Assembly: GCA_964016885.1 (NCBI GenBank)
Contig: OZ024758.1
Location: 20,212,001 to 20,276,000 of the forward strand
Direction of reading: 5' to 3'
DNA from: Eledone cirrhosa
Lineage: Eukaryota
DNA length: 64,000 nt
The notes under the pieces are model-generated. The model searched no databases. It worked only from the letters and a program-made list of their open reading frames with translations, and was not told the origin of the DNA. The position numbers were made by a program, and so were the translations under genes. Within the stretch, counting starts at the first letter, position 1, and every line of letters begins with the position of its first letter. Positions 1 through 15,205 of this stretch are shown piece by piece.

Positions 1-152
1 ACCTCGTACCTCTTTGGGGAAATCCGACATTACCCTATTCAAATTTGCCAGTATCGATGACATTATTGCGACCGAATGCTGACAAACATTCCCAACAATT
101 CTTTTTATGATTAAACGTACACGGTAATGTGGACTGCGAATATGTTCATTAA

Positions 153-607
153 AATATCAACGTGCTGTCCTCACTCTTGTATGGAAGTGAAACATGGCAC
201 CTTAAAACCAGCCAAGAGAAGAAGTTGGACGCATTCGATTCCAGATGTCTGCGAAAGATCCTGAGAATTAAATGGAGTGACCATGTAACAAACCAGGAAG
301 TCAGGAACCGCACCAACCAGCAGCTAGTCTCTTCTACCATCTGCAAGCGACGCCTGGGCTGGTTTGGACATGCGTTGAGACTTCCCCCGGAGAGACTGGC
401 GAACCAAGTACTTAAATGGAGCCGACAGGGAAGCAGATGGATAGGGCGACCCAATATGAACTGGCGCCAGACATTTGAGAGGGACCTGCGAGCGACAAAC
501 AGACAATAGCGGGACGCTGTGCAACTGTCTGCTGACCGAACGCGATGGATCACTATGATTGCTCATGCGTCGCAAGACGCGGGAGCTTCTGAGTCCGAGT
601 CTGAGTT
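153..607 (+). mobile_element. 5'-truncated RTE-clade LINE, 3' end of RT ORF plus short-repeat tail
   Basis: Translation NVLSSLLYGSETW...CLRKILRIKWSDHVTNQEV...RRLGWFGHALR...GRPNMNW is the typical RTE ORF C-terminus. The frame continues past a premature TAG (507-509) as RDAVQLSADRTRW. Ends in CTGAGT-CCGAGT-CTGAGT. Confidence 0.9.
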
Positions 608-2929
608 GTATTAAGTCCAAGATTATATCAGCAAATACTTGAAAATCATATTTTAGGGGAATAAAGTATTGAAACTGACAACACCAAAATCCGATTGTGT
701 AAAATGTTATATTACATGTGAATTCAACGAAGCAGATAGGAATGCGTCCAACAATTGTCCACCATTTTAAATATATTTCGGAGAATCTGACTCATTAAGT
801 CCTAGAGAAATGATTGTACAATGAAGTGTTTCTTTAAATGCTAAATGCGGTACATTTTTAGAAGTATACTGTCTCAGATGTTTGATATTTCGGTTACGGA
901 ATTACAAAACAGGTTGCTAGTTCTGGTTTGGCTTAAGCCTTGCAATTCATATGAGGGGAGCTTTTCCAAATCTTATTAACGTTAATCCAGTAAGAAGAAA
1001 GGAGACTCTCGAAACGAGATGCCATTCCATCGAATGGATGCAGCCGAGCAGCTGCAGTTGGTATTCATGTTTATATGACCTGAAGGGATCAACGTGAGCA
1101 TGATGTTTGTGCTGAAGAAAAGAACGCCTCGGAAAGTCTGTGACTTGAAACAAGTTATTGCGAGTATACAAACAACTCTCTAACCAGTAAGATGCTCGAC
1201 TTCACTGTAAACTTATTTCCTTTATCGTCGGCTTTATATATTTATATTGTTGAATGCCATTAACTAATAGTCTAACTATACTGATAGATTTACAACACGT
1301 TACAAAAGATTGAAAATATTTTGTTGTTCACGTTGTTGGTATTGTAGTAACACTATGAGGTTTTGTTGGAAAATCAAATGTCAGCTTATCGATAAGTATC
1401 TTGCCGAAATAGAGTACTTATGTGTGTTACATCCTTTCTTTAGGAGTTGCAATCCGAATTATGACAGTAGGCTTATACTTTTACTGAAATGAGATCTTTT
1501 CAAGGAATATTAATCATAGGGCATGCATTTTTTGATTATTTGTTTTCTATAGAAACATAACGTTACAAAGGTTTCTATTAATCAGTCGAGGATTAATACA
1601 CTGTGGGATTGTTATATCATACTAACAGTGTATTATAGACCTATGTAATTTCATAGAAGGTGAACAATTTGTTTCAGAACGAAGAGAAAATAAGATAATA
1701 GAATTTCATACTGATATATAGTATTAATTTTTCCGGTGATAGAAATATGTTACACATTTAAGGATAAACATATCAACTATTTGTATGTAGTCAGTAATGC
1801 ATTATACCAGAGGTGTTGTTTTGTTGTTTGATCAACCGATATACATGACGAATTTGAGAGATAATACATTTAACCCAACTGGTATTGAACACAGGTCTTT
1901 AATTCTACTTTTATAAACATATAAGTGTACATATGCTTCTTTGACAGTTAGCGTATTACGATTATACTATTATTTGGGCAATCTAAGGTTATAATGAGGT
2001 GTGTTTGTCTCACACACATCTACATGTTGTCGAATTAACATTATAACTGCATGCGTTTCACTACTAAATTGCGCAGAGTTTGAAATGACCAGCCCAAGTG
2101 GCTATATTGACCTCTATATGACGAGGTGACAAGAATGTTGAAATATAATGTCAGATGACATTTTCCCCAATCTAATCCAGAAAATGTGGTCGAAAATGAC
2201 AAGAGTATATACATGAAAAATACATGTATATCTGCCTAACAATTTACACACAAGGATTCCGGTAACTAGTTTAATAGCTTAAATGGTTTTAGAATCTCAC
2301 ACTAATGGTTATTATTTCGAATACAATCGTAATTTCTATTGCTCATATTTCACTTATAAACAGATGGCCTGTTTCTCGCCGATCTAAATGTAAATAAATC
2401 CTTTTGTAACATTTATTTAGCAGGAATCAATTTGATCCTCTAAATGAACGACTGCCTGAAGCAAATCTAACATACTTTAAAAGTTGAGTTCCATGTGTAT
2501 TAGGTAGCGGTGATTGTTACCTCAGGAAACAAGTGTTATTGTAATATCTGTAAACCTTGTTAGAATAATCTAAACCACGCCTTCTTCCAATCAACACTGC
2601 TCTTGTAAATGAATAACTACAAGGGGAATAACAAGGAGGCGAAATAAATCAATAGAAAATTAAATGTTTCGCACGCAGCTTATTATATATGAGATACAAT
2701 ATTTCAAGAATTTTGTATTATATCTTATTTGAGCAATATTGATTTCTCGTGTTATTTCATATAAAAAAATAAACGCATCGAATATAAAGGAATGAAACAG
2801 AATGGTGCTGCGTTAAATAGCTTCATCTTATCGAAGAATGTCCTGAAAACTGAGTTTTGTACCTCGGGTTATTTTATCTTATGTTGAAGGAAATCAACGC
2901 ACTCACGTGCACTTACGAATACACACATC

Positions 2930-2951
2930 AACACACAACACACACACACAG

Positions 2952-3049
<98 letters not shown>

Positions 3050-3069
3050 CGAGAGAGAGAGAATATGTA

Positions 3070-3104
<35 letters not shown>

Positions 3105-3114
3105 AGAGATATAT

Positions 3115-3169
<55 letters not shown>

Positions 3170-3200
3170 GAGAAAGAGAGAGATATAGACACAGAGAGAG
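2930..3200. repeat. Compound (CA)n-(TA)n-(GA)n microsatellite
   Basis: Direct reading. Confidence 0.95.
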
Positions 3201-3246
3201 AGAGAGGACGGAGTTGAAGAGTGACTGAGATATATATATATATATT

Positions 3247-3418
3247 TTTCTACCTTTGGCACAAGGTCAGCAATTACACCACTGCATTACTGGTACTTCA
3301 TGTTATCGACCTCGTAAAGATGAAAGCAAAGTTAACGTCGTCAGGATTCGAACTCAGAAAGTTAAGGGGCATAACTCTATGCTACAAAGCATGGTATCCG
3401 CCGTTCTACCGATACTGG
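3247..3418 (-). mobile_element. tRNA-derived SINE copy
   Basis: Reverse complement of the family consensus (A box TGGCAGTATCGG, B box GAGTTCAAATCC, core GCCTTTCATCCTTACGGGGTCGATAAAATAAAGTACCAG, tail GGCCTTGTGCCAAAAGTAGAAACAATT). Confidence 0.85.
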
Positions 3419-4689
3419 AAAAGATGCTAACATATGATGCTGCTGTTGGATTATGCGTTTAAGTGTTTGACTCAAAATTCAGTTGATAAACGCTTAACTG
3501 GACATATTAGTTAGTAGTGAATATCAGAATAAAACGGGTACTATACACACATACACACTCACACATATACATCGATCTCTATATATATGTGTGTATGTGT
3601 GATGATGTAATTATGTGTGGTTTCGTGGTTTGAATGTATGCATTGTTACATGATTGTGCATAATATGCTTGCAATACTTTCGGGTTTTAAATGCGAAATT
3701 ATTGCTTGCTTGAGAGCAGAGGTTCTTTTTTAAAGGCCTTTTGTTGTCCATGTTTCTTGAAAGTTACTTACCACTGTAGAGACTAAAGCATTTTATAGTG
3801 CATATTGTAGAAGGTTAATTTTGTATCTCTCTCATCAAATCACTGAATACTTGGTAAATCGAATTGTAGTTACTCTTCATTTCGTGAATGCTATGGTAAA
3901 AATGCATGTGATTGCTCAGGATTGCCTCATGACATCCTTTATAATAAATGTGACTAAAGGACATACTGTGGATTTAAATACAATTTTATTTGCGAAAATC
4001 TAAAATCTTATTTAGAAATTGTATTCCAACGTGTGTAACCTTATGAATTGAATGTGATTTATATCGCACATAACAATAGAATATTTTTTTCGTCTATTAA
4101 GATTTTTCCTTATCGGATATACGTCAGGATTTTGTGGAATAAATGAAATATAGAACGCGTGGTGTTACTCAGTTCTCACAATTAACTGTATATTTGACAG
4201 CTAAAACTATAATTTTGTCGAACACATTTTATTGCTTGTCTTTGGGGAGTAGTTAAACGCTTTCGTTATATATTCGTACTAAAATATAATACCATAACAA
4301 ATATTCCTAAATTTTAAACTTTTAGTTAAATAAAAAAAATCCTCAACTGAACTTTCAATTTGAATAGGTTAACTGTAAATGTTGTATAAAAAAAGCTATA
4401 GAAAACAGCAATTTGAATAGTGATTTGTATAGTTCAATCTGTGTTCTAGTCATGGCTTCGTCAATAAGACTAATAGGCGATGCATTTCATTTTAGATCTA
4501 ATTCATTCTTCTTCTCTCTTGTATCTTGTAACTCCAGGGGGATCTACTGAGGATCCGTAATGATATTAGCTGTATATAGTGCATTTTTAAACATGACAAG
4601 CCTACCATCTGTTCAGGTCTGAATACATCAGATTTCTTTCAGAGGAGAGAGAGTGAGAGAATAGAAGTGAGGAAGATATATAGAGAAAT

Positions 4690-5376
4690 AATCGAACCCA
4701 GCACTAGATTGGAACTTTATTCTCTTTATCTCGAAAGAATGAAAGGCAAAGCTAACCTCAGTTGGATTTCAACTCAGGTAGCAGAGAGCTGTAATGCATA
4801 CCCCGAAACATACTATCCAACGTGCTATAAATCATTATTAGACCTAGCCTAATTATGCCCAGACACGATATTGTGGATGATCATTTCATCTTCGAAGGAT
4901 GTACGTGTGTATATTATTGGTTCGTTATATGCCAAAGTGAAACAATTATTATTATTGGTCTGAAAGTATCGGTAGAACGTGGGACAGAATACCTTGTGGT
5001 AGAGTTACAGACCTTTCCCTTCTGAGTTCCAATTCAACCTATGTCAGCTTTGCTTTTCATCCTCACGATGGTCGATAAAATAAAGTACAAGTCCCACATT
5101 GGGATACATTTAATCCCCTATCCTCTGCCACAAAATAAAAGCCATTATTTCAAAACTAGAAACAATTACTATTATTATTAGGTGGTTGGCAGTATCGGAG
5201 GAGAGTCGGACGCCATGCTTTGCAGCAAAGAGTTACAGCCCATTATGGTAGGAGTTCAAATCCCGCCAAGGTTATCTTTGCTTTTCATCCTTACGGGGTC
5301 GATAAAATAAAGCACCAGTAATGCACTGGATAATTGCTGGCCTTGTGTCAAAAGTAGAAACCATTATTATTTTTAC

Positions 5377-5417
<41 letters not shown>

Positions 5418-5480
5418 GAATAAAGTACCAGTAATGCATTGGGTAATTGCTGGCCTTGTGCCTAAAGTAGAAACAATTAT
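4690..5480. mobile_element. SINE cluster (old minus copy ~4690-4830; plus copies ~4960-5170 and 5180-5365; 3' fragment 5418-5480)
   Basis: Repeated core and tail motifs separated by (ATT)n. Confidence 0.85.
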
Positions 5481-6742
5481 TATTATTATTATTGAAATCG
5501 TAATCATCATCAACAGTATTTTAAATCATATACTTAACCTGTTTGAGATATGTTCGAGATAACTGACAATATAGACGAGTGTCACTTTTATTCCTATTGT
5601 CTGGATTATGTTTTCCTTGTAAATTGACATGATTTTAAATGTTTCCTACGTATAATGGTTTGATTGTATTATGAAATGTACGTGCCTCGCCAACAATGTT
5701 ATCTCAATGTGATAATCGATTTAATATCAATGTTGATTTTTTTATTTTTTATATTGGCTATATTATTCGGAGCTATAACGGTAATGTACGTCGATATTAT
5801 AGACGAAGAATATTCTATTTAGATTTTTGTCTTTTTCCCTCTCATTGTATATTCCGTTTGGCTTAGTATATTCGGTTTATCAATATTATATTGCATATTA
5901 TTTCATTGAGCCTATATTAGAAATTAATATTTCATTTTATTGTTTAATACATCTTTACCAATGACGCTGACAAATTTCCTATTCGAATATAGCCAATCGT
6001 ATTCTCTCTAGAATGTTTTGCTGGTATAGCGCGATTTACATATTTTTACTAGCAGATAGATTATCAGGGTTGATACGCTGGCTTGCGGCATGGTTATAAT
6101 TGTCTCTGAATATAGAAAAACATTAATATTACATCACAAACAACACATATTTTTCGAAACATACACAACATGAATATATATATATATATATATAATCTTA
6201 CTTAAAATGTTTTGTAGTATTTTCTGGAAGACACACACCGAAATATAGAATATTATGGACATAAAAGTACTCAGAAGCTTGCTCATATATCAAATTTCAT
6301 ATGGTATGGAAAATGGGACGGAATAATTATAATCGAACTATCATTATGAAACGTTGTAAAACATATTTTATTTTCATCCCAGGGAAACATATAGTAAAAC
6401 ATTATTGTTAAAGATGGATAAATATTGTTCCATCCCAGCATCTAATAATAATGGAAACCATATAATGTAATTTAATAACTATAGATAACAATGATGTTCA
6501 GATCGAATGCAATTAAAATAATTAGAGCTTAGTAACCTGTTAATTTTCTTAATTAAATATATCATTCCCATTTGTTAACAAAGATTATGGGAACTTACGT
6601 AATCGAAATTATCAGCAAGCCATTACATCTTATAGTGATTGCAGAGAGGAAGCAGTAGACGATATGACAAATACATCTTCATAGATATTGGCTGATGGGA
6701 AGATTTTTTATTAATTACATTTTTGATCGTATAATCACTAGT

Positions 6743-6865
<123 letters not shown>

Positions 6866-7359
6866 TTATTGACTGTTATTGAGAGAGAAGGAGAGGGATG
6901 GGTGGCTGTGTATAAATATACATTTTTTAAAAAATTGCCTTTTCACTTAGTAACTATCAAATATATAGAGATATCTTAGAGATATCATGTATTAGATCAG
7001 GATTTCTTAAATGTTTGAAATGTAAGGAAGAAGTTTGTTTAAAACAATCTTGTTAAAGAGACCCAGGCTTTATTACAATGGTACCAAGATATATCTCCAA
7101 TAGATTGATGCACGTGAATTGGGATGTGTTTTAGGGATGGCATTTGGCATTTGGACTCTCGGCAATCAGTATACAATATGATAATAGGAAGTGTGTTTTG
7201 TTTACCGTGTGTTTACATGATATAACAAATAGCTTCCTCATTAGTGAAGAATATAAGTTGTATGGATGGCGTTATCCGGTGTATGGGTTGTCTCGGTCAA
7301 GTTACACAGTATATCATTTTCTATCTATATATCTATCTAATTATCTATCTCTTTCTATA

Positions 7360-7392
<33 letters not shown>

Positions 7393-8118
7393 CAGCACAC
7401 GAAAAGGTATATATGCATGTCTGTATTTGTGTGAATATGTAGGCGTCTGAGTGTAGGCGTTTGTATCGTTCTGTTTGATTGCTAATATAACTTGAAAATT
7501 GATTTATCAATATTTATACATGTTTTATTGATATCTATAATTTATTTTATAACAACAAACGCTTTATGTGCTGTTACCAAATACTGACTATTCTTTATTT
7601 TTCCGATATATTTTCAGAGTTGGAAATGCCTTTAGTGCACATCAGGAATTACACATAAATAACCGAATTTATAGCTTTGTAAATATTTAGGACAACAACA
7701 AAAACATTTTCTTCCTATTATTTATAAACAAATTTATTGAAACTACAAACTTTCGAGGAGTATATGCATATTACAATATATTTTCAAAATTGTTTCCCTT
7801 CCTCTAAGTTATGAAAGAATAATATGTAACATGAAGATTACATCATCGTATTCAAAGTGTGCAGTTAATAATTTTTCGAGTTAATATAATTTGTGCAGGA
7901 AATAAATTCTAGTGATAATATGAAATCAATTTTCATTCCAACACGTGTGGAAACCGGTACTTATATGTGTACCAGATTTGAGAGAACTATGTTTGTACTT
8001 AAACAATCTCAGTCAACACAATTGATGTTTTCCAAGAGAAAATAATCCCAAAGAATCTATTTAAATGGAGCGCATCCAAAGTTGGTTCTTTTGTATTTAA
8101 TTAGTTATAATTTATATA

Positions 8119-8186
<68 letters not shown>

Positions 8187-10982
8187 TTATATATATTTAC
8201 AATTGTATATATGTTTATGTGTATATATATATAAATATAAATAGAAAATTAAGATTATTGTGAATTAATTTGTAATTATTGAAATATATGCTTCGGTAAT
8301 TTCAATTTAGTTAAATAATATCAATATCAAAATTAATTAGAATTACACATTTTAATCAGGAAAAACCAAATAATTAAATACTCTCCGATAACTTGTGAGA
8401 TCAAATCGGTGTACATAAGACAAGACATGTATATATAGATATATATATATATATATATATATAATATTCCATTAATAAATTTACTTGAATTCATAGGTTG
8501 TAAATCACTTAGTGTAAATTTATGGTGGGATCATTATTGTGATCCAAACTAAGAAAAATATGAACGTGTTAGGAAGGCATGTACCATAATTGAATCGTTA
8601 GATGTAGGTACTATTTTTCTTTGAATATAACCAGATCATTCCAAATTGCTTACAATCCTGGGGAAATTATATAAAGACATGCAGAAACCCGTGATAATAT
8701 ATAGTTTAATTCTTCCCTCTAATACAAGGGAAGCGTTGAAAACTAAATAACAGGATTGGAATACTAATATATCATCTATTATATAGAAGAATTCATGGTA
8801 TATTTGCATATATAAATTTATGAAACCGATATAAAATATACATATCAGCCTATATTATATATTTATATGAACATAACTGACGCAATTTGATATAGATAAA
8901 TGTAGCTGACATACCTCGGCTGCTCAAAACAAACCGATAAAAAAAACGTACTTGAATTTGTTCCGAAGAACCTGGATTGTACCATTGAAAAAATAATAAC
9001 ACATTGTGACTATGGAATACAAACGATTGTGATGTTTGTAAAGATTAACCAAACGGATTTGATAAAAACACTTGGATAAAACATGAGGTAAGTGCAATTT
9101 TTAATACGTATTTTTACACGTAGTTTGCAATTGATTAATTTCAGATTTGAAATATCTCTATACTCTTCCCGTTTAAATTATAGAGAATATTTTGTTCAAA
9201 ACTACAAAGAGAAATAATATGAAGTTTTATGAAATTTTATTTAATTTCAAAATAGTGTAAGGTGGATTTGTAGCGTGTGTGTGTGGCGAGTTACTGATTC
9301 TATCTCTAGTTGGAATATAAAAGGTCCCAGCGTAAATCAGTATCGATCTGCATAAAGGAAAATAATACCTTTTTAAATATAAATTGTTCCTAACTTCTAA
9401 AAATATAATCTTGTTCATCAACATTGATATCAATTCATCAGTTTTTGCCTTTATATTTGCACTTGTTTGTTTTTACTATGTCTGATATATTTCATATCTA
9501 GTTTTGAATTCTGTAACCAGATGATGAAATGCAGGTGTATTGTGAGAATAAATGTTAATATTATCATTCGACAGGTTCATCGTATATTTTTTCATCGAAA
9601 CAATAACACAGATACACGTGAAAAGTACACCTATGCCCTTGGCCACACAGACACGATCTATCGCTACGAGGAAGCTGTAGATTCCAAATAATCCCGGTGA
9701 TACTGATATAATGTCTGACAAGTATCGACTGGATTCACTAGTGTGAACAACGATTAAAAGCATTGTATTATAGTGCTCATCGTATCATAATAGATTATTC
9801 ATTTGGTCAGCGGCTAGAGATTGTTTAGAATGTCAGGGATTTATACAAGTGGGCTACAATGAGTAGACATAACTTATATTTCTGGTTGTTTTAGGTAGAG
9901 TGCATGCACTGAGACCCATTCAGAAAACACTGCTTTTTTCCGGTGCACACACATTAACGAATTAGTGGGTCGGAAATTGAAGGTGATGGAGTGAGTGGGT
10001 CCCAGACGTTTGTAGAAATATATACCTGCTACAGTTTAATTCAATGTCACTCATTAGTTAATGCTGAGTGCTGAAAATGTGCTGAACAGAAGCTTCGATT
10101 CGAAGGGTAGAACGGGGTTAAGTGATTGGCAAATAATCAGCTTTCGATTATCTGCCTTTCAAATATAGGTATACATGCCAGAATTGTTTGCCAACTTTTT
10201 CGTATATATGCCTTGCAACTGGCAGCAAAGCGGGAGAACTGGTCTTTCATTGCACTGGGATTAGAAGCTTTGCTCTCTAACGGCGCCGACAAAGGTGATA
10301 TTATTGATAATTTTCTGCATGTAAATCGCATTTTTATAGGTCTTAGAATTTCGACTAAAATCCTAGCACAATGCTAAAGTATAGTGTCAGTAGTATCGTG
10401 GGAAGATCCACAACTAAACGATCATGTGTATATTATCTGTCATTTGTCATCAAATCAACTTGTTCCGGTACCGGTTTGAAACCCACATTAATCTCTCCGG
10501 AATACAGCAACACTTTCACAGCGTTTCGAGAATATATCAAACTATCTCTACGAATTTACACTGTAGGAACCTGGCCAAATATAACAATATATATATATAC
10601 ATATATATATTAGGCTTTAACACAAGGCTTCTTCTATTATCCCTTTTAAACCCGACTAATGTGTGTAAGTTACTAACTATAAAAATTGTGTTTAAATTGT
10701 ATACGGGAATCGTTATAAAAAACGTGCATACAGTAACTACTTAATAGGTGAGTTTTAAATCTTAGAAATTCATTTAATTATCATATGATATACTGCATAT
10801 AAACTTCCTTTGTTATTTTGTAGTTAGTTATTTATTTATATATATATGTCAAAGACATTGACCAATTAATGATCAACATTGATTGCCAGATAAATTAATT
10901 ATGGAGACATAAAATATATAGAAGAGAAAACCAATCCAAACCAAATAGTGAGTACGATTTATTGTTATTATTTCTGGCAATG

Positions 10983-11320
10983 TAGTTATGTCCCTTTACG
11001 ATCTGAGTTCAAATCCCGCCGAGATTGACTTTGCCTTTCATCCTTACGGGGTCGATAAAATAAAGTACCAGTAATGCACTGGGTAATTGCTGGCCTTGTG
11101 CCTAAAGTAGAAACAATTATTTCTGGCAATATATGAAGGCGGTGGTTATCGGTAGAGGGTCGGACGCCGTGTTTTCCAGCATAGTTACGTCCTTTTACGA
11201 TCTGAGATCAAATCCCGACGAGGTTGACTTTGCCTTTCCATCTTACGGGGTCAATAAATTAAAGTACCAGTAATGCACAAGGTTATTGCTGGCCTTGTGC
11301 CTAAAGTAGAAACAATTATT
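10983..11320 (+). mobile_element. Two tandem SINE copies
   Basis: Consensus motifs; flank ATTATTTCTGGCAAT repeated at 10967, 11116 and 11315. Confidence 0.9.
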
Positions 11321-11717
11321 TCTGGCAATATTATAACAATATGACCCTCCCCAAATATAACACTATTTATTTATATATATATATATAATGTGTGTGTATG
11401 TATATATAATGTGTGTGTATGTATATATATATGTGTATGGATGTATATACATATCTGTATATATGTACGTGCATGTCGGTATATATGCACGTGTATGTCG
11501 GTATATATGTAAGTGCATGTATGTATATATGTAGGTACACATCTGTATATATGTATATACATGACTATATATATATGTATGTACATGTACATATCTGTAT
11601 GTACATGTCTCTACATATGTACATACATGTCTGTATCTATATACATGTCACTATATATGTAGGTGCATATCTATATATATGTATGCACTTGTCTGTAATA
11701 TATATATATATATATTT

Positions 11718-11894
11718 AACGAAGGAAATGTGGTAAGGAACCAGGTGGACCATAACGCACCAAAGTACTCAATACTTGGGGTAATAGGAACCAGTAAGAC
11801 CCCGACAGCTGAGCTCAAGCCGTTTCGACGGCTAATTCAGTCCAGAATTAGCCGTCGAAACGGCTTGAGCTCAGCTGTCGGGGTCTTACTGGTT

Positions 11895-11897
<3 letters not shown>
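11718..11897 (-). mobile_element. Family A fold-back element (short)
   Basis: Starts (TA)n-AACGAAGGAAATGTGGTAAGG. Perfect ~54-bp inverted repeat 11784-11897 around loop AGTCCA, ending TTCCTA-(TA)n. Contains the 3' half of a hammerhead (GAAACGGCTTGAGCTCAGCTGTC^GGGGT). Confidence 0.8.
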
Positions 11898-11976
<79 letters not shown>

Positions 11977-11977
<1 letters not shown>

Positions 11978-12214
11978 CGAAGGAATTGTGGTAAGGAACC
12001 AGATGGACCATAACGCACCAAAGTACTCAATACTTAGGGCAGTAGAATGGGTAATAGGAACACGCATGATTCCGACTGCAGAGCTCAAGACGTTTCGGCG
12101 GGTATTTCTGGACGCAGAAATAGCCGTCGAAACGGCTTGAGCTCTGCCGTGGGGTCATACTTGTTCCCATATATATATATATATATATATATGGGAACAA
12201 GTAGGACCCCACGG
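11977..12214 (-). mobile_element. Family A fold-back element (second copy)
   Basis: Same AACGAAGG start and diverged fold-back. Extra inverted repeat 12147-12214 around a (TA)n spacer. Confidence 0.75.
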
Positions 12215-12222
12215 TCATATAT

Positions 12223-12450
12223 ATGTATTCATTAGAATATTTGAGCTTCTATGGATATGGCGCATGTCTCAACATGACTCCCTTAATTTAATTTATTTTA
12301 TTTTATTTTGTCTATATATATACAAAATTAATTTAAATAAATATAAATTAGGGGAATCATGTTTGATACATACGCCATATCCACCGTAGAAGCTCAAATA
12401 TTCCAATGAATACATCGGAGCATTTTATATCAACTAGAAATTGATTGACA
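12223..12450 (+). repeat. Diverged fold-back element
   Basis: ATGTATTCATTAGAATATTTGAGCTTCTA...(12223) pairs with ...TAGAAGCTCAAATATTCCAATGAATACAT (12415), followed by a short tail and TA. Confidence 0.75.
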
Positions 12451-12565
12451 TATATATATATTTAAAATAATAGGAGATAATTTGTAAAGTGTTTAATTAC
12501 GCATTGCTGAGTAGGTAACTAATTAATGTTTAACAGGGAGCTTCAAATATTACCTTTCAAAAAAT

Positions 12566-12607
<42 letters not shown>

Positions 12608-14010
12608 CATACGTATATACTGCAAAGGAATTGAAGCGAAGAGAAACACGAAGGCTATAGATTTACAATTAAATTAAATTCGTATTGTACAAAATATTTC
12701 TTTGGATGAAGCATTCATGCGAATGTCAAGTGTGTAGCTAAATCATTTTCCATCGGTTTTGTAATTATTCACTGGAACACTTAGAAAATCTCCAGGATAC
12801 ACTTGCGCATAATTTAAGCGGTACACTTATTGTTTGAGATATTCAAAACATAAACGAATCACTTTGGCATAGGGAGTAATGAAACTGAATTACGATTGGA
12901 AGTAAATGTCGTTTTTTAATGTCGTTTTTAAATGTCGTTTTTAAAGGTATATTTATGAACATAGCAGAAAATGAAAACAACAAATAAACAAAAAAAATTA
13001 AAATAACTAATAATAAATCAGACAAAATTACTATTTCAAATAAAATAAACGAAATAATCAATAACATTAGACACATGTCACTTGGGAAATAATAAATTTC
13101 TTTCGGCATTATTTTTATTCGTTGTTTTTCGTTTAGGTTTCTTTTAGAATTCTTTGTTACTTTTCGACTTGCATTTCACCAAGAACAAAATTTTAATTGC
13201 AGCATGCATAATTTACAGTGTCTTCTTCTAAAGCGACTCACATTACCATCAGTTAATGATAAAATGCACAAGCTTTGCAGCCGAAATAATAGAAAGTTAA
13301 TGATTAATTACAGAATATGGATGCATAAAATTAACTATGAGCTAAAAATAATATGTAAAATGGTATGAATAAAAAAACAATATGCATAAACATATTAAAA
13401 CACTGATTTACTTTGAGCAAAACAAATATAAATACTTCGGTGCAGATCATATTCATTTTAGGAGTATAAAGATTGGGGAAATTTGAAGGAAAATATACTT
13501 GAAAGTATTTAAAGAGAGATGCATTGATCCGAACACTTCCTCTGATTTAATTAGACAGCGAAGTCGCTGAGGTTTAGAAAAGGTGACGTTATCAGCTCCA
13601 GTAATCTTTCCATTGTTTTGGTCAGTGATCGTTGTCTTCTCAAATTCAACGTGAAATGTGCACAGAGTAGCAATACCGTATCTGATGGTATAACATAGAA
13701 AACATCTGATGTGACTTGCAATAATTATTAACGATTTAGACGAACGGTTATCTACATTGTTATGAGGTCAATTGTATTAGCAGCATTTGAAGATTCACCG
13801 ACAAAGGAGGCATTTCTATTGAACGTGTGCGGATTCTCGGTTAAACCACTTATTATTCTAAGCGTAGAGAAAGAAACCATCTATTGACATTTTAAATGTT
13901 ATAACTTATATTTTCTGGACAATGTTTCAATATGCACACTTATATGTATACATATCGTTTTACACCAACCACACACTCACACTTATACCGAGTTACATAC
14001 ACACACGATG

Positions 14011-14066
<56 letters not shown>

Positions 14067-14829
14067 GAAAAAGAATTTGAGTATGCAATCGGAGTTTTAA
14101 GATTTATTTACAACTATTGCAAATAGACCTTCTTAAAACTGCAACTGCATATTCAATTTATTTTTCAAATATGAAAATATAGAGATATGTGCACGCGCGC
14201 GCGCGCGTGTGTGTGTGTGTATGTATGTGTGTGTGTTTGTGTGTAAAGCAAGCTGTTCCAGCGGGTATTCTCTACATCGAGGTAATATCTGCCACCATGA
14301 CGGTAACAATAGACAGTAAAAATCTTGAAGATATTTTATGTAGTGATGTAGACAGAATACTAGTCGACGAAATACTCGTTGATAAGTTGCCAACCTATAT
14401 GTTTGATAGTGATTTTCCTTCTAATAATATATAATTCAATCATAAGAAAATAATTATACGTCGCTTATTTGCTTTGCACACACTAATTGAAAGACTATGT
14501 TGAAAGTTGTGAGTACAGAGTTCTGATTCTCCTTTGTATTCATTACTTATATGTTGTATGTTTTATGTTACTAAGCAAGTACCTCAAGGAAGGGTCATAT
14601 TAGTCATATAAAACCAAAGAAAAAACACATAAAATATATATTTAACTATAATTCACAGTCACAATCTCACTGGTCTAATTGGTAGAACTGCAACACACCG
14701 TCGATGATCATGTCATTTGAATGCAACTTTCATTCGAAATGTTTTTATGACATTTCCATTTGTCACGAGGATACTCTTATTAAGTTTAAATACGTTACGG
14801 TGTTTCTCTAATTTAAATTTAATATCGTG

Positions 14830-15205
14830 AATTGGCAGTATCGGTAGAGGGTCGGACGCCATGCTTTGCCGCATAGAGTTACGGCCCTTGCCATTCTGAG
14901 TTCAAATCCCGCCAAGGTTAACTTTGCCTTTCATCCTTACGGGGTCGATAAAATAAAGTATCAGTAATGCACTGAGTTAATGTCTGGCCTTGTGCCAAAA
15001 GTAGAAACAATTATTAGCTGATGTATGGCGGTAGATTGGAAATATTGGTAGATAAGAATCAACGCATAGAGTTACGTCCCTTTACGGTCTGAGTTCAACT
15101 CCGGCAGAAGTTAACGTTGCCTTTAATCCTTACAGGTCGTTGAAATAAAGTACCAGTAATGCTTTGAGATAATTGCTGGCCTTGTGCCAAACGTACAACC
15201 AATTA
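14830..15205 (+). mobile_element. Two tandem SINE copies
   Basis: Consensus motifs; AATTATTAGCTGATGTA at 15009 and 15201. Confidence 0.9.

Noticed and set aside
1110-1140. CTGAAGA...GGAAAGTC
   Set aside because: No stem II; chance match. The similar matches at ~13682, 38720 and 44359 were rejected for the same reason.
10137-10331. Minus ORF segment SCKAYIRKSWQTILAC...QI, faintly like a GIY-YIG motif
   Set aside because: Too few conserved residues and no supporting neighbouring motif.
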